In this document: positions 11,812 through 25,300 of the stretch, piece after piece
Layout of the letters: each line of letters opens with the position of its first letter
Numbering within the stretch: position 1 is the stretch's first letter
DNA from: Anaeramoeba ignava BMAN
Lineage: Eukaryota > Protista > Anaeramoebae
Reading direction: 5' to 3'
Length of the DNA stretch: 64,000 bases
NCBI GenBank assembly: GCA_028826165.1
Contig: JAPDFW010000102.1
Location: 124,001-188,000 of the forward strand
Translations under genes and position numbers: made by a program
The notes under the pieces: model-generated
Databases searched by the model: none
Seen by the model: only the letters and a program-made list of their open reading frames with translations
Told to the model about the DNA's origin: nothing

Positions 11812-14800
11812 ATGAGTTTTGTAAGTTTTAATTAAATTTTTTTTCTTATTAATTTTTTGATTTTTTATTTTTAATTTTTTATTTTTTTTTAACAGCAAGA
11901 AATTGAAAAAAAAGAAGAAAGTGATAAAGAAAAAGAAATTGAAAATGAAATTGAAAGTGATAAAGAAAAACAAAATGAAAATGAAAATGAAAATGAAAAT
12001 GAAATTACTGATAAAGTAAAAAAACAAAAAAAAAAAGCAAAAAAAATTTTTTCCCAATTAAAATTAATTAAATCAAAAAATTAAATTAAAAATAAAAAAT
12101 AAAAATAGAAACAAGATTTAGAAGATTTAGAAGATTCAAATGCTTTTAAAATTAAAATTGATAAATCAACAACTCCAGTTCTTTTTAATCCCAATTTCTA
12201 TTATAGATTAATGATTGAAGATTCATTTCTACAAATTTTTGATTCTGAAAAACTTTTTACACAATTTGAGATTAAACCAGATTCTTTAGTAAATTATTTG
12301 CAAATTAAATATCAATTTAAATATCAAATTAAATATCAATTTTTAAATATTAATTTAAATATTAATTTAAATTGAAAACATCAATTTAAATATCAATTTT
12401 AATATAAATTTTAAATATCAATTTAAATATTAATTTAAATATTGAAAATCAATTTTAAAAATTAATTTAAAAAACAAAAAATAAAATGAAAATAATTTAA
12501 AATCAATTTAAATATTAATTTAAATATCAATTTAAATAAACAAAAATCAAAAAATATTAATTTTTTTAAATTTAAATATTAATTTAAAATCAAAAATAAA
12601 AATAAAAATTAAAATATCAATTTAAATATCAATTTAAATATTAATTTAAATATCAATTTAAATATTAATTTAAATATCAATTTAGAAAATTCAAATATCA
12701 ATTAAAATAAAAATTAAAATTGATAAAAATCAACAAATTAAATATTAATTTAAATATCAAATTAAATATTAATTTAAATATCAAATTAAATATCAATTTA
12801 AAATATAAATTAATGATTGAATATTCATTTAAATACAAAAATTTTTAATTTAAATTCAATTTAAAAAAATTTTTTTTAAATATCAAAAATTTGAAATATA
12901 TAAAATTAAATATCAAATTTAATATAAAAATTAAATATCAAATTTAATTTAAATATAAATAAATTTAAAATATTAATTAAATATAAAATTAAATATCAAT
13001 TTAAATATCAAATTAAATATTAATTTAAATATAAATTTAAATATTAATTTAAATATCAATTTAAATATCAAATTTAAATATTAATTTAAATATCAATTTA
13101 AATATCAATTTAAATATCAAATTTAAATATCAAATTTAAATATTAATTTAAATATCAAATTTAAATATCAAATTTAAAATATAAATTTAAATATCAATTT
13201 AAATATCAATTTTAAATATCATAATTTAAATATCAATTTAAATATCAATTTAAATATTAATTTAAATATCAATTTAAATATCAATTTAAATATCAATTTA
13301 AATATCAAATTAAATATCAATTTAAATATCAATTTTAAATATAAAATTAAAAAATTTTAAAATATTTAAATATATTTAAAAAATTTAAATATCAATTTAA
13401 ATATCAATTTAAATATCAATTTTAAATATTAATTTAAATATCAATTTAATATCAAATTTAAATATCAATTTTAAATATAAAATTCAAAAAATATCAATTT
13501 AAATATCAATTTAAATATAAATATCAATTTAAATATCAATTTTAAATATCAAATTTAAATATCAATTTAAATATCAAATTTAAATATAAAATTAAATATC
13601 AATTTTAAATATCAATTTAAATATCAATTTAAATTAATTTAAATATCAATTTAAATATCAATTTAAATATCAATTTAAATATCAAATTTAAAATAAATTT
13701 AAATATCAAATTAAATATCAAATTAAATATTAATTTAAATATTAATTTAAATATTAATTTAAATATCAATTTAAATATTAAATAATTTAAATATTAATTT
13801 AAATATCAATTTAAATATCAAATTAAATATCAAATTAAATATCAAATTAAATATTAATTTAAATATCAATTTAAATATTAATTTTAAATATCAATTTAAA
13901 TATTAATTTAAATATCAATTTAAATATCAAATTAAATATCAAATTAAATATCAAATTAAATATTAATTTAAATATCAATTTAAATATTAATTTAAATATC
14001 AATTTAAATATTAATTTAAATATCAATTTAAATATTAATTTAAATATTAATTTAAATATCAATTTAAATATCAATTTAAATATCAATTTAAATATCAATT
14101 TAAATATTAATTTAAATATCAATTTAAATACCAATTTAAATATCAATTTAAATATCAATTTAAATATCAATTTAAATATCAATTTATATATCAAATTAAA
14201 TATCAATTTATATATAAATTTAAATATCAAATTTAATATTAATTTAAATATTAATTTAAATATCAATTTAAATATCAATTTAAATACTTTTTAGGTGTTT
14301 CAAAATTCTCAAAATCAAATTGGATGCATTATCTATTTACAAGATTCCATTTTCTTTACTTGTTTCTTTGCTAGTCAAAATGAAAAAGAGAAATTTGTTC
14401 TTTTATTCCAACAAACTTTAAAATCATTAATAGATTCAGAAGAAGTTTTAGAAGATGAAAAACCAGAAAATTTTGAAGAACCAATAGCGAAATTTGAAGT
14501 AAAATTAAAATTAAAATTAAAATTAAAATTAAAATTAAAATTAAAATTAAAAATTAAAATTAAAATTCGTTTTGAAAATTAAAATTAAAATTGATATTAA
14601 AAAGGTTGGAATTAAAACACCATTTGGACTTCCAAGAACAAAAGGAGAATTAATTATAACAAAAGAAAGAATAATAATTCAAACAAAAAAGAAAAAAAAT
14701 TACGAATTTATTCATTTAGAAACAACAACAATATCCAAAAACAAAAAATTGGAAAATGATTGCAATATCACACAAAAAGAAAAAACAGCATTTATTAGTT

Positions 14801-15576
14801 TTGATTCTGAAGAAAATCGAACACTTTTTATTGAAAAAATGTTAGAAATTTCAACAAAAATTTCAGAATTAAAAAAACAATCAAGTGTGAAAAAACTTGC
14901 AGAACAAGAAAATGCTAATTTAAAAGACTTGAGATTTGGAAAGAATATTTATCAATATGATTGTTACATTGTTTCCAAAGAAAAACAAGATGCAAAAATC
15001 GTTTTAAAGGAAAAACAAACAATTATAATTGATTCAAAATTCCACAAATATAAACTTAGTGATACAATTAAAATTACAGAAAAATACACTGAATTACCAA
15101 TTATTCATCTTGGAAATTATCCTGATTTTATTATTCTTCAATTTTTCTCAATTCAAGCTTTACAAGATTTTATAAAGAATTTCGAAATTTTTCATAAAAA
15201 TGATTTGGACTCAAATGATCTTCAACACGAAAAAAAACACGAAATGATTAATAATGAAAATCAAGATCCAAACGAAATTCTTGAGAAGAAAGAATCAAAC
15301 CAATTTCAAGTTATACTTCTTTTCAAAAATTCAGATATCATTTCAGGAAAACTTGAAATTGATGAAGAAAAAATTATTTTTAATTGGAACAAAAAGCAAA
15401 AATTATTCTCAATTGAAAAAGTTAAAATTTCAACTAATGAAAAAGAAATTTTTGGTACAAAGTTATTTTTTCAAGAAGGTGATGATGATTCTGATTCTCT
15501 TTTTGTTAATTTTGGTTCAAAAGAGAAAAAAGAAGAATTTCTTGAATTTTATAAACAGATTAAGAAGAAAAATTAA
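11812..15576 (+). CDS. Uncharacterised protein with about four tandem PH-like modules; exons 11812-11820, 11896-12015, 12109-12288, 14295-14498, 14605-15576
   Basis: Four phase-0 GT-AG introns give one continuous frame. Four beta-rich segments each end in an F.S.....F amphipathic helix (FFASQNEKEKF, ISFDSEENRTLF, QFFSIQALQDF, NFGSKEKKEEF). Confidence 0.65.
12300..14285. repeat. Intronic 12-nt array (TTTAAATATCAA/TTTAAATATTAA)
   Basis: Fills the 2006-nt intron 12289-14294. Confidence 0.95.
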
Positions 15577-15762
15577 GAAACAAAAATTGAACAACAAAAG
15601 AATTTTTTTTCCCTTTTTTTTTTTGGATTCAATTCTGATTAATTTTTAATCAATTTCAAAATCAAATTCAAATTCAAAATTAAAATTTTTTTTTCCTTTT
15701 TTTTCATTTTTTTCATTTTTTATTTTTTTAAAAAATTTAAATTTAAATTTAAATTTAAAATA

Positions 15763-18700
15763 ATGGAAATTTCAATTATTATTAAAACAAATAATAAACA
15801 AATTTACAGACTTAAAGTTGAAAAAAATGTATAAAAAAAAAAGCAAAATATTGAACAATCAAAAAAACAATTTATTAAAAATTTTCTTTCTTTTTTTTTT
15901 GGATTGATTAGATTTATGTTTATAAACTTAAACATAAAATATCAGAAATAACAGGAATAAATGAATCAAAACAGAGTTTAATTTATGAAGGAAAAGAATT
16001 AATAGATGAAAAAAAAATAGATTTTTATGGTAAATTAAACAAAATTTTAAAACAAGATTTTGTATTAAAATTAAAGTTTTAAATTTTAAAATAGAAATTG
16101 AAAATGAATCTGTTATAAATTTAATTGAAAATATAAATTTACAACAAAAACAAATTATTAACGAAAGAGAAGGAGATAATTTAAATTTCAATTCCAATTC
16201 CAATTCAAATTCAAATTCAACTGAAAATGAAATTGAAAATTCAAAATCAAAATCAAAATCAAATTCAAATTCAAAATCAAAATCAAAATCAAATTCTAAA
16301 TCAATTTCAAAATCAAATTCAAAATCAAAATCAAATTCAAAATTCAAATCAAATTCAAATTCAAATTCAAATTCAAATTCAAATTCAAAATCAATTTCAA
16401 AATCAAAATCAAATTCAAAATCAAATTCAAATTCAAATTCAAATCCAAATTCAAATTCAAAATCAAAATCAAAATCAAATTCAAAATCAAAATCAAAATC
16501 AAATTCAAAATCAAAATTCAAAATCAAATTCAAAATCAAAATCAAAATCAAAATTCAAAATCAAAATTCAAAATCAAAATCAAAATCAAATTCAAATTCA
16601 AAATCAAAATCAAAATCAAATTCAAAATCAAATTCAAATTCAAAAACAAAATCAAATTCAAATTCAAAATTCAAAATCAATTTCAAATTCAAAATCAAAA
16701 TCAAAATCAAAATCAAAATCAAATTCAAATTCAAATTCAAATTCAAATTCAAAATCAAATTCAAAATCAAATTCAAAATCAAATTCAAATTCAAATTCAA
16801 ATTCAAAATTCAAAATCAAATTCAAAATCAAATTCAAATTCAAAATCAAAATCAAATTCAAAATCAAAATCAAATTCTAAATCAACTGAAAATGAAATTG
16901 AAAATTCAAATTCAAAATCAAAATCAAAATCAAAATCAAATTCAAAATCAAAATCAAAATCAAATTCAAATTCAAATTCAAATTCAAATTCAAATTCAAA
17001 ATCAATTTCAAATTCAAATTCAAATTCAAATTCAAAATCAATTTCAAATTTCAAAATCAAAATCAAATTCAAAATCAAATCCAAAATCAAAATCAAATTC
17101 AAATTCAAAATCAAAATCAACTTCAAAATCAAATTCAAATTCAAATTCAAATTCAAAATCAAAATCAAAATCAAAATCAAAATCAAATTCAAATTCAAAT
17201 TCAAATTCAAATTCAAAATCAAAAAAATTCAAAATCAAAATCAAATTCTAAATCAACTGAAAATGAAATTGAAAATTCAAAATCAAATTCAAAATCAAAT
17301 TCAAAATCAAATTCAAATTCAAAATCAAATTCAAAATCAAATTCAAATTCAAATTCAAATTCAAATTCAAAATCAAATTCAAATTAAAATCGAAAATGAA
17401 ATTCAAATTGAAAATTCAAAAATCAAATTCAAAAATCAAAATCAAAATCAAATTCCAAATTCAAATTCAAATTCAAATTCAAAATCAAATTCAAATTCAA
17501 ATTCAAAATCAAATTCAAAATCAAATTCAAAATCAAATTCAAAATCAAATTCAAATTCAAAATCAAATTCAAATTCAAATTCAAAATCAAATTCAAATTC
17601 AAAATCAAATTCAAATTCAAAATCAAAATCAAAATCAAAATCAAATTCAAATTCAAAATCAAATTCAAATTCAAAATCAAATTCAAAATCAACTGAAAAT
17701 GAAAATGAAAATGAAAATTCAAATGAAATTGGAAATGAAAATGAAAATTCAAATGAAATTGGAAATACTTTTAGTGAATTTCTTTATAATCATACTAGAA
17801 ATTTTGAAATTAATTCAAATTCAAAATCAACTGAAAATTCAAATGAAAATGAAAATGAAAATGAAAATTCAAATGAAAATGAAAATGAAAATTCAAATGA
17901 AATGAAAATGAAAATGAAAATGAAAATGAAAATGAAAATTCAAATGAAATTGGAAATACTTTTAGTGAATTTCTTTATAATCATACTAGAAATTTTGAAA
18001 TTAATCCAAATTCAAATTCAAATTTACATTCAAATTCAAATTCAAATTCAAATTCAAATTCAAATTCAAATTCAAATTCAGTTATTATTCGTATTTCCAA
18101 TTCAACAAATGATAATGTTATTGTTATTAATCAACAACCCATTATATCTTCAAATCAAAGAAGGAATAGAAATATAAATAGAAATATAAATAGAAATATA
18201 AATAGAAATATAAATAGAAATATAAATAGAAATATAAATAGAAATATAAATATAAATATAAATAGAAATATAAATAGAAATAGAAATATAAATAGAAATA
18301 TAAATAGAAATAGAGATAGATATATAGATAGAGATAGATATATAAATATAAATCGAAATATAAATCGAAATAGATACAGAAGTATAGATATAGATAGATA
18401 TAGAGGTAGTAATCAAAATAACCAAAGTTTAGAAAATGAAAATGAAGCAAAAATTCTTAGCCAATTTTCTCAATCATTAAATTTGTTGGAAGAAAATATT
18501 GTTAATATGGAAAGAAATCAAATTAATGAAAATGATCAAATTCAAAAAACTTTAACACAATCACTTGAAACAAATAATTTAAACCATCAAATAAATCGAT
18601 TTGGAGAAATTATATCAAGAATAGCAGGCAATTTTAATTTTTTCAGAACATTATTTTCGGATTTATCAATTTTCATTTCTAATTCAATCAATGAAAGAAA

Positions 18701-20422
18701 CGATACTAATTCAACATTAAGATTGCATAACTTGCAATTAAATAAATTCACATCTTCAGAAAAATCACTGAATTTTCTTGGATTAATTTTCAATATAATC
18801 AGTCATCAATTTCAACAGATTGTTCCGAATTTATATGGAAATACAGAACAAGAAGAACCATTGAGAATCAGGGAATCAATTGTGGAAATCAATGGGGAAG
18901 AAAGAGAAAATCCCGAATTATATTTTCTTCTTGATAATCTAGTTTCGTTAACAAGACAAGTGATGGAAAATTCATCAAATTTAGGAAACTCATCATTCAC
19001 GTTGTCTTCGTTAAGAAACGAAAATGAGACTCGAACACAAAATTCTGATCAATTAGAAAATTTACTTGCACAACTTTTACTTCAATCTTTATTAAACTCG
19101 TCAGAATCAACAGAACAAACAGAAGAACCAAGAAATTCAGGAAATAACATGGAAAATTTTTTAAGACAATTATCAGAACAATCAAATTCAGAACAATCAA
19201 ATGAAAATATTTTGAATCAGAAGAGAAATGTGAAGCAAAAACAAGACAAACAAAAGCAAAAATATAAAATGAGGAGAAAAAATTCAAATACAAATACAGA
19301 AAAAAATGTAAACCAATTCCTGAATATAAAAGAATACTTTATAAAAGGGCATATGAATCGCCATGGAAAATTATCAACAATATAATCAACCAAAGTGTTT
19401 CAATTGGTGATATGCTTTTATTTCAAATGGGAGATTGGTCTCCTATTGAAAAAATCATGCACAAAATTTCCATTTTTATTCGGAAATATCTTCTTATTAA
19501 AGATTATTCAATTGAAAATATTTATGATATTGCAGAGTATTTAATGATTGAATTTAAAACACAAGCTTATTCATCGAAACTATCACTTAAATTAAAAAGT
19601 AAAATGAGGCCAGGATATGATTTAACAACACATTTACTAGACTTAATTTATCAATCAGTGGTTAGACTACTGTTTTTACTTTCAAAAGATTTAACAATTC
19701 AAGAACAAAATGATTTTGTTTCAAAAAAAGTTCGAATTTTTCTGTCAAAACAATTTCGAAAATCAATAGCTATTTTTCAGTATGCATTTAATAGCGGAGA
19801 AATTCAAATCACAAATCTTGTGAAAAAATACATTTCAGAAGTTGGCAAAAATATAGATAAAGAATTGATTTCAATGATCTCTTCAATTCTTGAAGAGAAA
19901 ATTTACAAAAATACATTTGTTGTTCAACAAAAAATGAAATCAAATCAAATTGCGTTTGAAAAATTCATTCCCTTAAATGAACTTGAATATTGGAAAACAA
20001 CAATTTATCTTGATTCAATTCATCAAAAAAACATGGCTAATCAACAAAGATTTAGTTTTAGTTATTTGAAAGGAAGTTCTGAATTTCAAAAGAAAAAACT
20101 TGTTCAAAATTTTGAAAAATTGAAAAAATTGGATAATTTAAATCTTCATCAAAAAATGCTTCAATTTACTTTATCAAATTCTTTGAAATTATCTAATATT
20201 AACAAGAAATCTTCTCAATTCATTTTGCAAAGTGTTTCTTCAAATCATTCTTTAAATGAAATTTATCTTCATTCTTTTTTGGTTCCTCATTTTAGTAATT
20301 ATTTACTTTTTTCATCAGATTTTCAAAAATCTTTGCATTTAAAAGAAAAATATCCAAGATTGTTATTATTTATTGAAAAGGAATTAAACCAATTTGAAAC
20401 AAGTTTAACAAGAAAATTTTAA
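15763..20422 (+). CDS. BAG6: BAG6/Scythe-like protein (N-terminal ubiquitin-like domain, long S/N/K repeat region, BAG6 C-terminal motifs); frameshifts within the repeats and near 19230-19380
   Basis: Spliced Ubl: [22 protein letters not shown]|[39 protein letters not shown]|[58 protein letters not shown] and the terminal EKYPRL align to BAG6 motifs (W..II..D...Q.......LSDAYLSG; RFPNA). Confidence 0.75.
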
Positions 20423-20424
20423 AA

Positions 20425-20860
20425 CAAAATTTAAAACGAATTAAAAACAAATTTAAAACAAATTTAACAAGAAAATTTAAAACGAATTTAAAACAAATTT
20501 AACAAGAAATTTAACAAGAAAATTTAAAACAAAATTTAAAACAAAGTTTAAAACAAAATTTAAAACAAATTTAAAACAAAGTTTAAAAAGAAAATTTAAC
20601 AAAAAAATTTAAAACAATTTTAACAAGAAAATTTAAAACAAATTTAACAAGAAAATTTAACAAGAAAATTTAAAACAAAGTTTAAAAAGAAAATTTAAAA
20701 CAAATTTAACAAGAAAATTTTAAACAAAATTTAAAACAAAATTTAAAGAAAATTTAAAACAAATTTAACAAGAAAATTTAAAACGAATTTAAAACAAATT
20801 TAACAAGAAAATTTAAAACAAAATTTTAAAACAAAATTTTAAACAAATTTAAAACAATTT
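20425..20860. repeat. Intergenic AAATTTAAAAC/AAATTTAACAAG array
   Basis: Tandem 11-13-nt variants immediately after the BAG6 stop codon. Confidence 0.9.
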
Positions 20861-20866
20861 TTTGAT

Positions 20867-20955
20867 TTGTTCCACTTTTTTACTTTTATTTCTAAAAAAA
20901 ATGAAAATTCTAAAAAAAAAATTTTTTAATTTGAATTAATTTGTTCCACTTTTTT
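20867..20955 (-). promoter_or_regulatory. Candidate 3'-end/3'UTR motif AAAAGTGGAACAA (2 copies)
   Basis: The same motif lies ~25-35 nt after the stops of the DHHC gene and both proteases, in sense orientation. Function is inferred only. Confidence 0.3.
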
Positions 20956-20982
20956 ACTTTTATTTTTATTTTGATTTTTGAT

Positions 20983-22350
20983 TTAATTTTTAAAGATCTT
21001 TATGTTTAAAAACTATTCCATTTCCTTTTTGAATTTTTAAAATGAAAATAATTTTTAATTTTTTATTTTTTTAAATTTTTTAATTTTTAAATTTTTACCT
21101 TTTTCTGATCCAAAACTAAATAAAAAAAGAATTGAAGGTTTTCCTTTAAGATGAAAAAAATGTTCAAAATTTTTTCTTTTTCCAAGATCATAACGATTTA
21201 CAAACTAAAATCAATTAAAATAATTTAAATCAATTAAAATAATTAAAATCAATTAAAATCAATTAAAATCAATTAAATCAATTTAAATCAATTTAAATCA
21301 ATTTAAATCAATTTAAAATAATTCAATTTAAAATCAATTAAATCAATTTAAATAATTCAATTTAATTAAAATAATTCAATTTAAAATCAATTAAAATCAA
21401 TTAAATCAATTAAAATCAATTAAAATCAATTAAAATAAATCAATTAAAATAAATCAATTAAAATAAATCAATTAAATCAATTTAAATCAATTTAAAATAA
21501 TTCAATTTAAATCAATTAAAATCAATTTAAAATAAATCAATTAAAATAAATCAATTAAATCAATTTAAATAATTCAATTAAAATGGATACTTTCGGTTTA
21601 TTCTCAATTTTCCGTTTTTTTTTCTTTTCTAAATTTCGATAATATTCAACAGTAGTTTGATTTGATAAAATTAAAAAAAAACTCCAAATAACCAAAATAG
21701 CAAGAGAAACGGAAAGAGCAATACAAAAACTAAACATCATAAGAAAAACAACTTGAAAATCATCATAATCAACATCATTATAAAAAATCAAGAATTTAAG
21801 AGATAAAAAGGAAATATAAAGACAACCAAGAAGTAAATAAACAAGCAAAAGAACAAAAAACTTGTGATTGTAATAACCAACAGTATTATTAATCCAAGGA
21901 CAAAAATGATCCATTTTCAGAATACATTGATTTGATATTGAATCATGATGAGTTCTTTCTGGTTTGAATTGGTCACATTTTGAACAATATAATTTTGGTG
22001 GCTTTTTTTTCAAATCAACTGATTCTTTATATTCTTTGCGTAAAAGATCCAAAACAGATTCGGAACATAAATTTTTGGGGGGATTTCCTGGTAAATGTAA
22101 ATACTGATTTATAATACAAATAAAAAACTGACGAATTGAACCAAATTGTAATTATTATTTGAATTGTGGATATAATTCTATTTTTGGAAAGTGTTTTGGG
22201 AAATATTGTTGAATAATAAAAATATGTTATTGTCCCTATTATTCCTATTGAGAATATTAAAAAAAGAATTCCAAAAGATTGATATAGAAATTGTCTTGAT
22301 TTTGCAGGTAATTTTTTTGAACGAAAATTAAACAAAAACGGAAAAATCAT
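20983..22350 (-). CDS. DHHC-family (DHFC variant) S-palmitoyltransferase; exons 22350-21591 (+1 frameshift ~22095), 21204-21099, 21024-20983
   Basis: Two N-terminal TM segments, then PGNPP after removing one T. CRD reads CSKCDQFKPERTHH...CILKMDHFCPWINNTVGYYNHKFF. Two further TM segments, NQTTVE (TTxE), NRYDLG..KNF and GNGIVF follow. Confidence 0.9.
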
Positions 22351-25300
22351 GAGAAAAAAGAAAAATGAAAAAATGAAAAAATGAAAAAATGAAAAAATGA
22401 AAATAATATTTTTTTAAAAAAACATTTCTTTTTCTTTTTTTTTTCTTTTGTTTCTTTTGGAAAATCATAAAAATTCTTGAAAAATTGTAAATGAATTTGT
22501 CCCGAAATATTCAATAAATTTCTAAAGAATATTTGATGATAAAAATTTGGAAATTTCAAATTAAAATTATTTGAAATATTTGCAATTTTTTCTTGAATTT
22601 TGAATTGAAACGAAGAAGTAATTTTTTCATCCAAAATAATTTGGTTTTTTGTTTGATTAAGCAAAATTGATTTGATTTGAGTTGATAAATTTTGCGAAAA
22701 TAAACTTGAGCGATTTTTTTCAAAATGGAAATTTGATTTAGAAACAGAGAAGTTTGGATTGAATATTTTTGCAATTGTTTGAGTTGAAATTGGCTCAAGA
22801 AAATTTTGGATCATTTGATTTCCAAATTTTCTGTCGTTTTGAATTTGAAGTAATTTCTGATCAAAAAATTGGGAGACTTTTGAAAATAATTGGCTTTTGA
22901 AAGTAAGAAATTCTTCTTGTTTTAAATTATCACTTGAAAATTGGTTTGGCAAATTTTTGTGAGAATTTTTTGGAAGTGAATTTGTTTTGATTTTGGATTC
23001 TTTTTGCGATTTGCTGTTTTGAGAAGGGAAATCTTTTGTGTCAATGGATGAATATTGGGGAGAATTTTGGATTAAAAGACTACTTGTGCTATTTGAAGGA
23101 TTACGATGATTTCTTCTGCGTGTTTTTGTTTTGGAAGGAAGTTCTCCTGTTGGTGATAATAAATCGTTTGATTTTGTTGTTATGCTCATAAAGTTTGTGT
23201 GCATTTGCAAGTTTTCACTTCTTGATTTCAGAAACTGTTTAACTTCTTCACTTTCTGATATTTTGGCTTTTGAACTAAATGGATTTTGTTGAGTTTTTGG
23301 ATTTGATTTCAAATCATCCTTTTCGCTCCAAAAATTCCCCATTTCCTGCAGTTGATCGTGATTCAAGTGATTTGGAATCAACTGCTCTTCTTTTGGAAAT
23401 GGATAGCATTCTTCATGTATTAAGGCATATTGGGATATTGAGTTGGGATGAACACAAAAACAGAGTGATATCAAAAGAATTCTTCAGAATAATTGATCTT
23501 GATTGCAGATCAATTTCCGAAGAATATGAAGTCGGCGAAAACAAATCCTTTTTCCATTGGTTGCTTAAACAGGAATTGATAATTGGCTGAGAAACCGGAG
23601 TACGCAATCATATAATCGAAATTGGGTAAATTTTTCGAGTCATCCTCTTCATAATTTCTTGATATTTCTTGCGAATTCCCTTCTTTGGGTTGTTTTTTAA
23701 ATGGAGGGAATAAATGCAGAATATAAATCATCCCAATTTGTGTGTTGATTACAAACAAAAATGTTGATGTGTTATCAAGCAAGAGAATATTTTTAAAAAC
23801 TGGATTGCTTTCCGAAATTGTGAATTTGATTGTTTGTAAACATTCCTCAAAAGGAAAAATCCATAATTTGATTTCTTGATTATTCTCGCTTCCTGTAATT
23901 AAAACATTTTCCAATCCAGGACTTATTAAACTAACTTTGCTTGGCTTTCTTGAATGTCCTCTTAATACTCTTGGTGGGATATTTTCATTCTCTAAAAAAT
24001 CCACCTTTTGAGTAGGTTTTTTGTGCTGAAGATCATTTGCCAAATTGGGATTGAATTTTGATTCGTTTTCTTGTGCTGAATTTTTTTGTGTGTTTCTTAA
24101 TATATTAGGCACATAATAATGAGATGAACTTGGCTTCTTTCCACAAAACAATACACTATTTGGAAACAATTCAATTTTGATTTTAAATTTTTAAATTCAA
24201 TTTAAATCCAATTTTAATTTTGATTTTTATTAACCTATAAACAGGAAATCCATCATAAGGCATAATTTCTTGAATAATATTTCCCATTGCAAAATCCCAA
24301 ATTTTCACAAATCCATCCAAACTTGAAGAAGCCAGTCGATTTCCATCAGCGGAAAAAGAAAGACTTGTAATTGAGGATGTATGTCCTTTTAAAATTATTG
24401 CTCCATTTTCAGGTGGAATTTCATCACTATAAAGTTCTGTATGTGATTCATTTCCAATATAAGATTGAATTTTATCAATATTCCAAACATAAATATTATA
24501 ATCTGAACAAGAAGTTGCAAGAATTTTTTCTGATCCAAATTTCCAATCAATTTTTTCAAAATTTCCTTGACTTTTTCTCTTTTAATAAATAATAATAATA
24601 ACAACAACAAATATAAATATAAATATAAATATAAACATTTCCTTTTCTTTTCTTTTAAAATTCTTCATATACATTTTCTCTCCTGTTTTTTGTATGAATT
24701 AAATCACGATCTGAATCTGAATCCAAATCAAAATCAGAATCATCAGGATATAATCTAAATTTATTTGAAAAATTATCATTTTCATTATCATTTTCATTAT
24801 CATTTTTTTCTGGAAATCCTCCTGTAAATTTAACTTGAAGAAGAAGTTTTGCACGAATTTCAACATCTCCATCATGAAGAATCCAAACATCCAACAATCC
24901 ATCACTTGCAACACTTGCAAAAATGTTTTTATCTAATGATTGAAAGCATAAATCCAAAATGGAATCTGTATGATGTCTTAATTCAAGACGATGTCCATTT
25001 CTTCTGTTGATAATCTTAATATTATATGGTTTTTCAACAAAACATAAATATCTATCGTTAACTGAAATTATTCTTCCTAAATTATAATCATAATCAGATT
25101 TGTATAATGTTATTGTTGATGGTTCTAAAACTTTTAATTCGGATTTTTTCCAACTTTTTGCAGAAAAATGTATATTTTTTCCTGATAAAATGATTCCTTT
25201 TGAAACACTTTTTTCATTTGAACTAATTTTATAAATAATTTAATAAATATTTAATAAATAATTTTATTTAATATTTTATAAATAATTTTATTTAATATTT

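Noticed and set aside
21581-21590. Donor GTATCCATTT resembling a U12-type 5' splice site
   Set aside because: It deviates from GTATCCTT and there is no CCTTAAC-like branch point near the acceptor. Donors in this genome are highly degenerate, so a chance match is likely.
22347-22350. ATGA stop/start overlap between EDC4 and DHHC, as in prokaryotic translational coupling
   Set aside because: The last ~25 EDC4 codons (FFHFFIFSFF) look like T-rich intergenic DNA read through after a probable homopolymer indel. The true stop is likely earlier.
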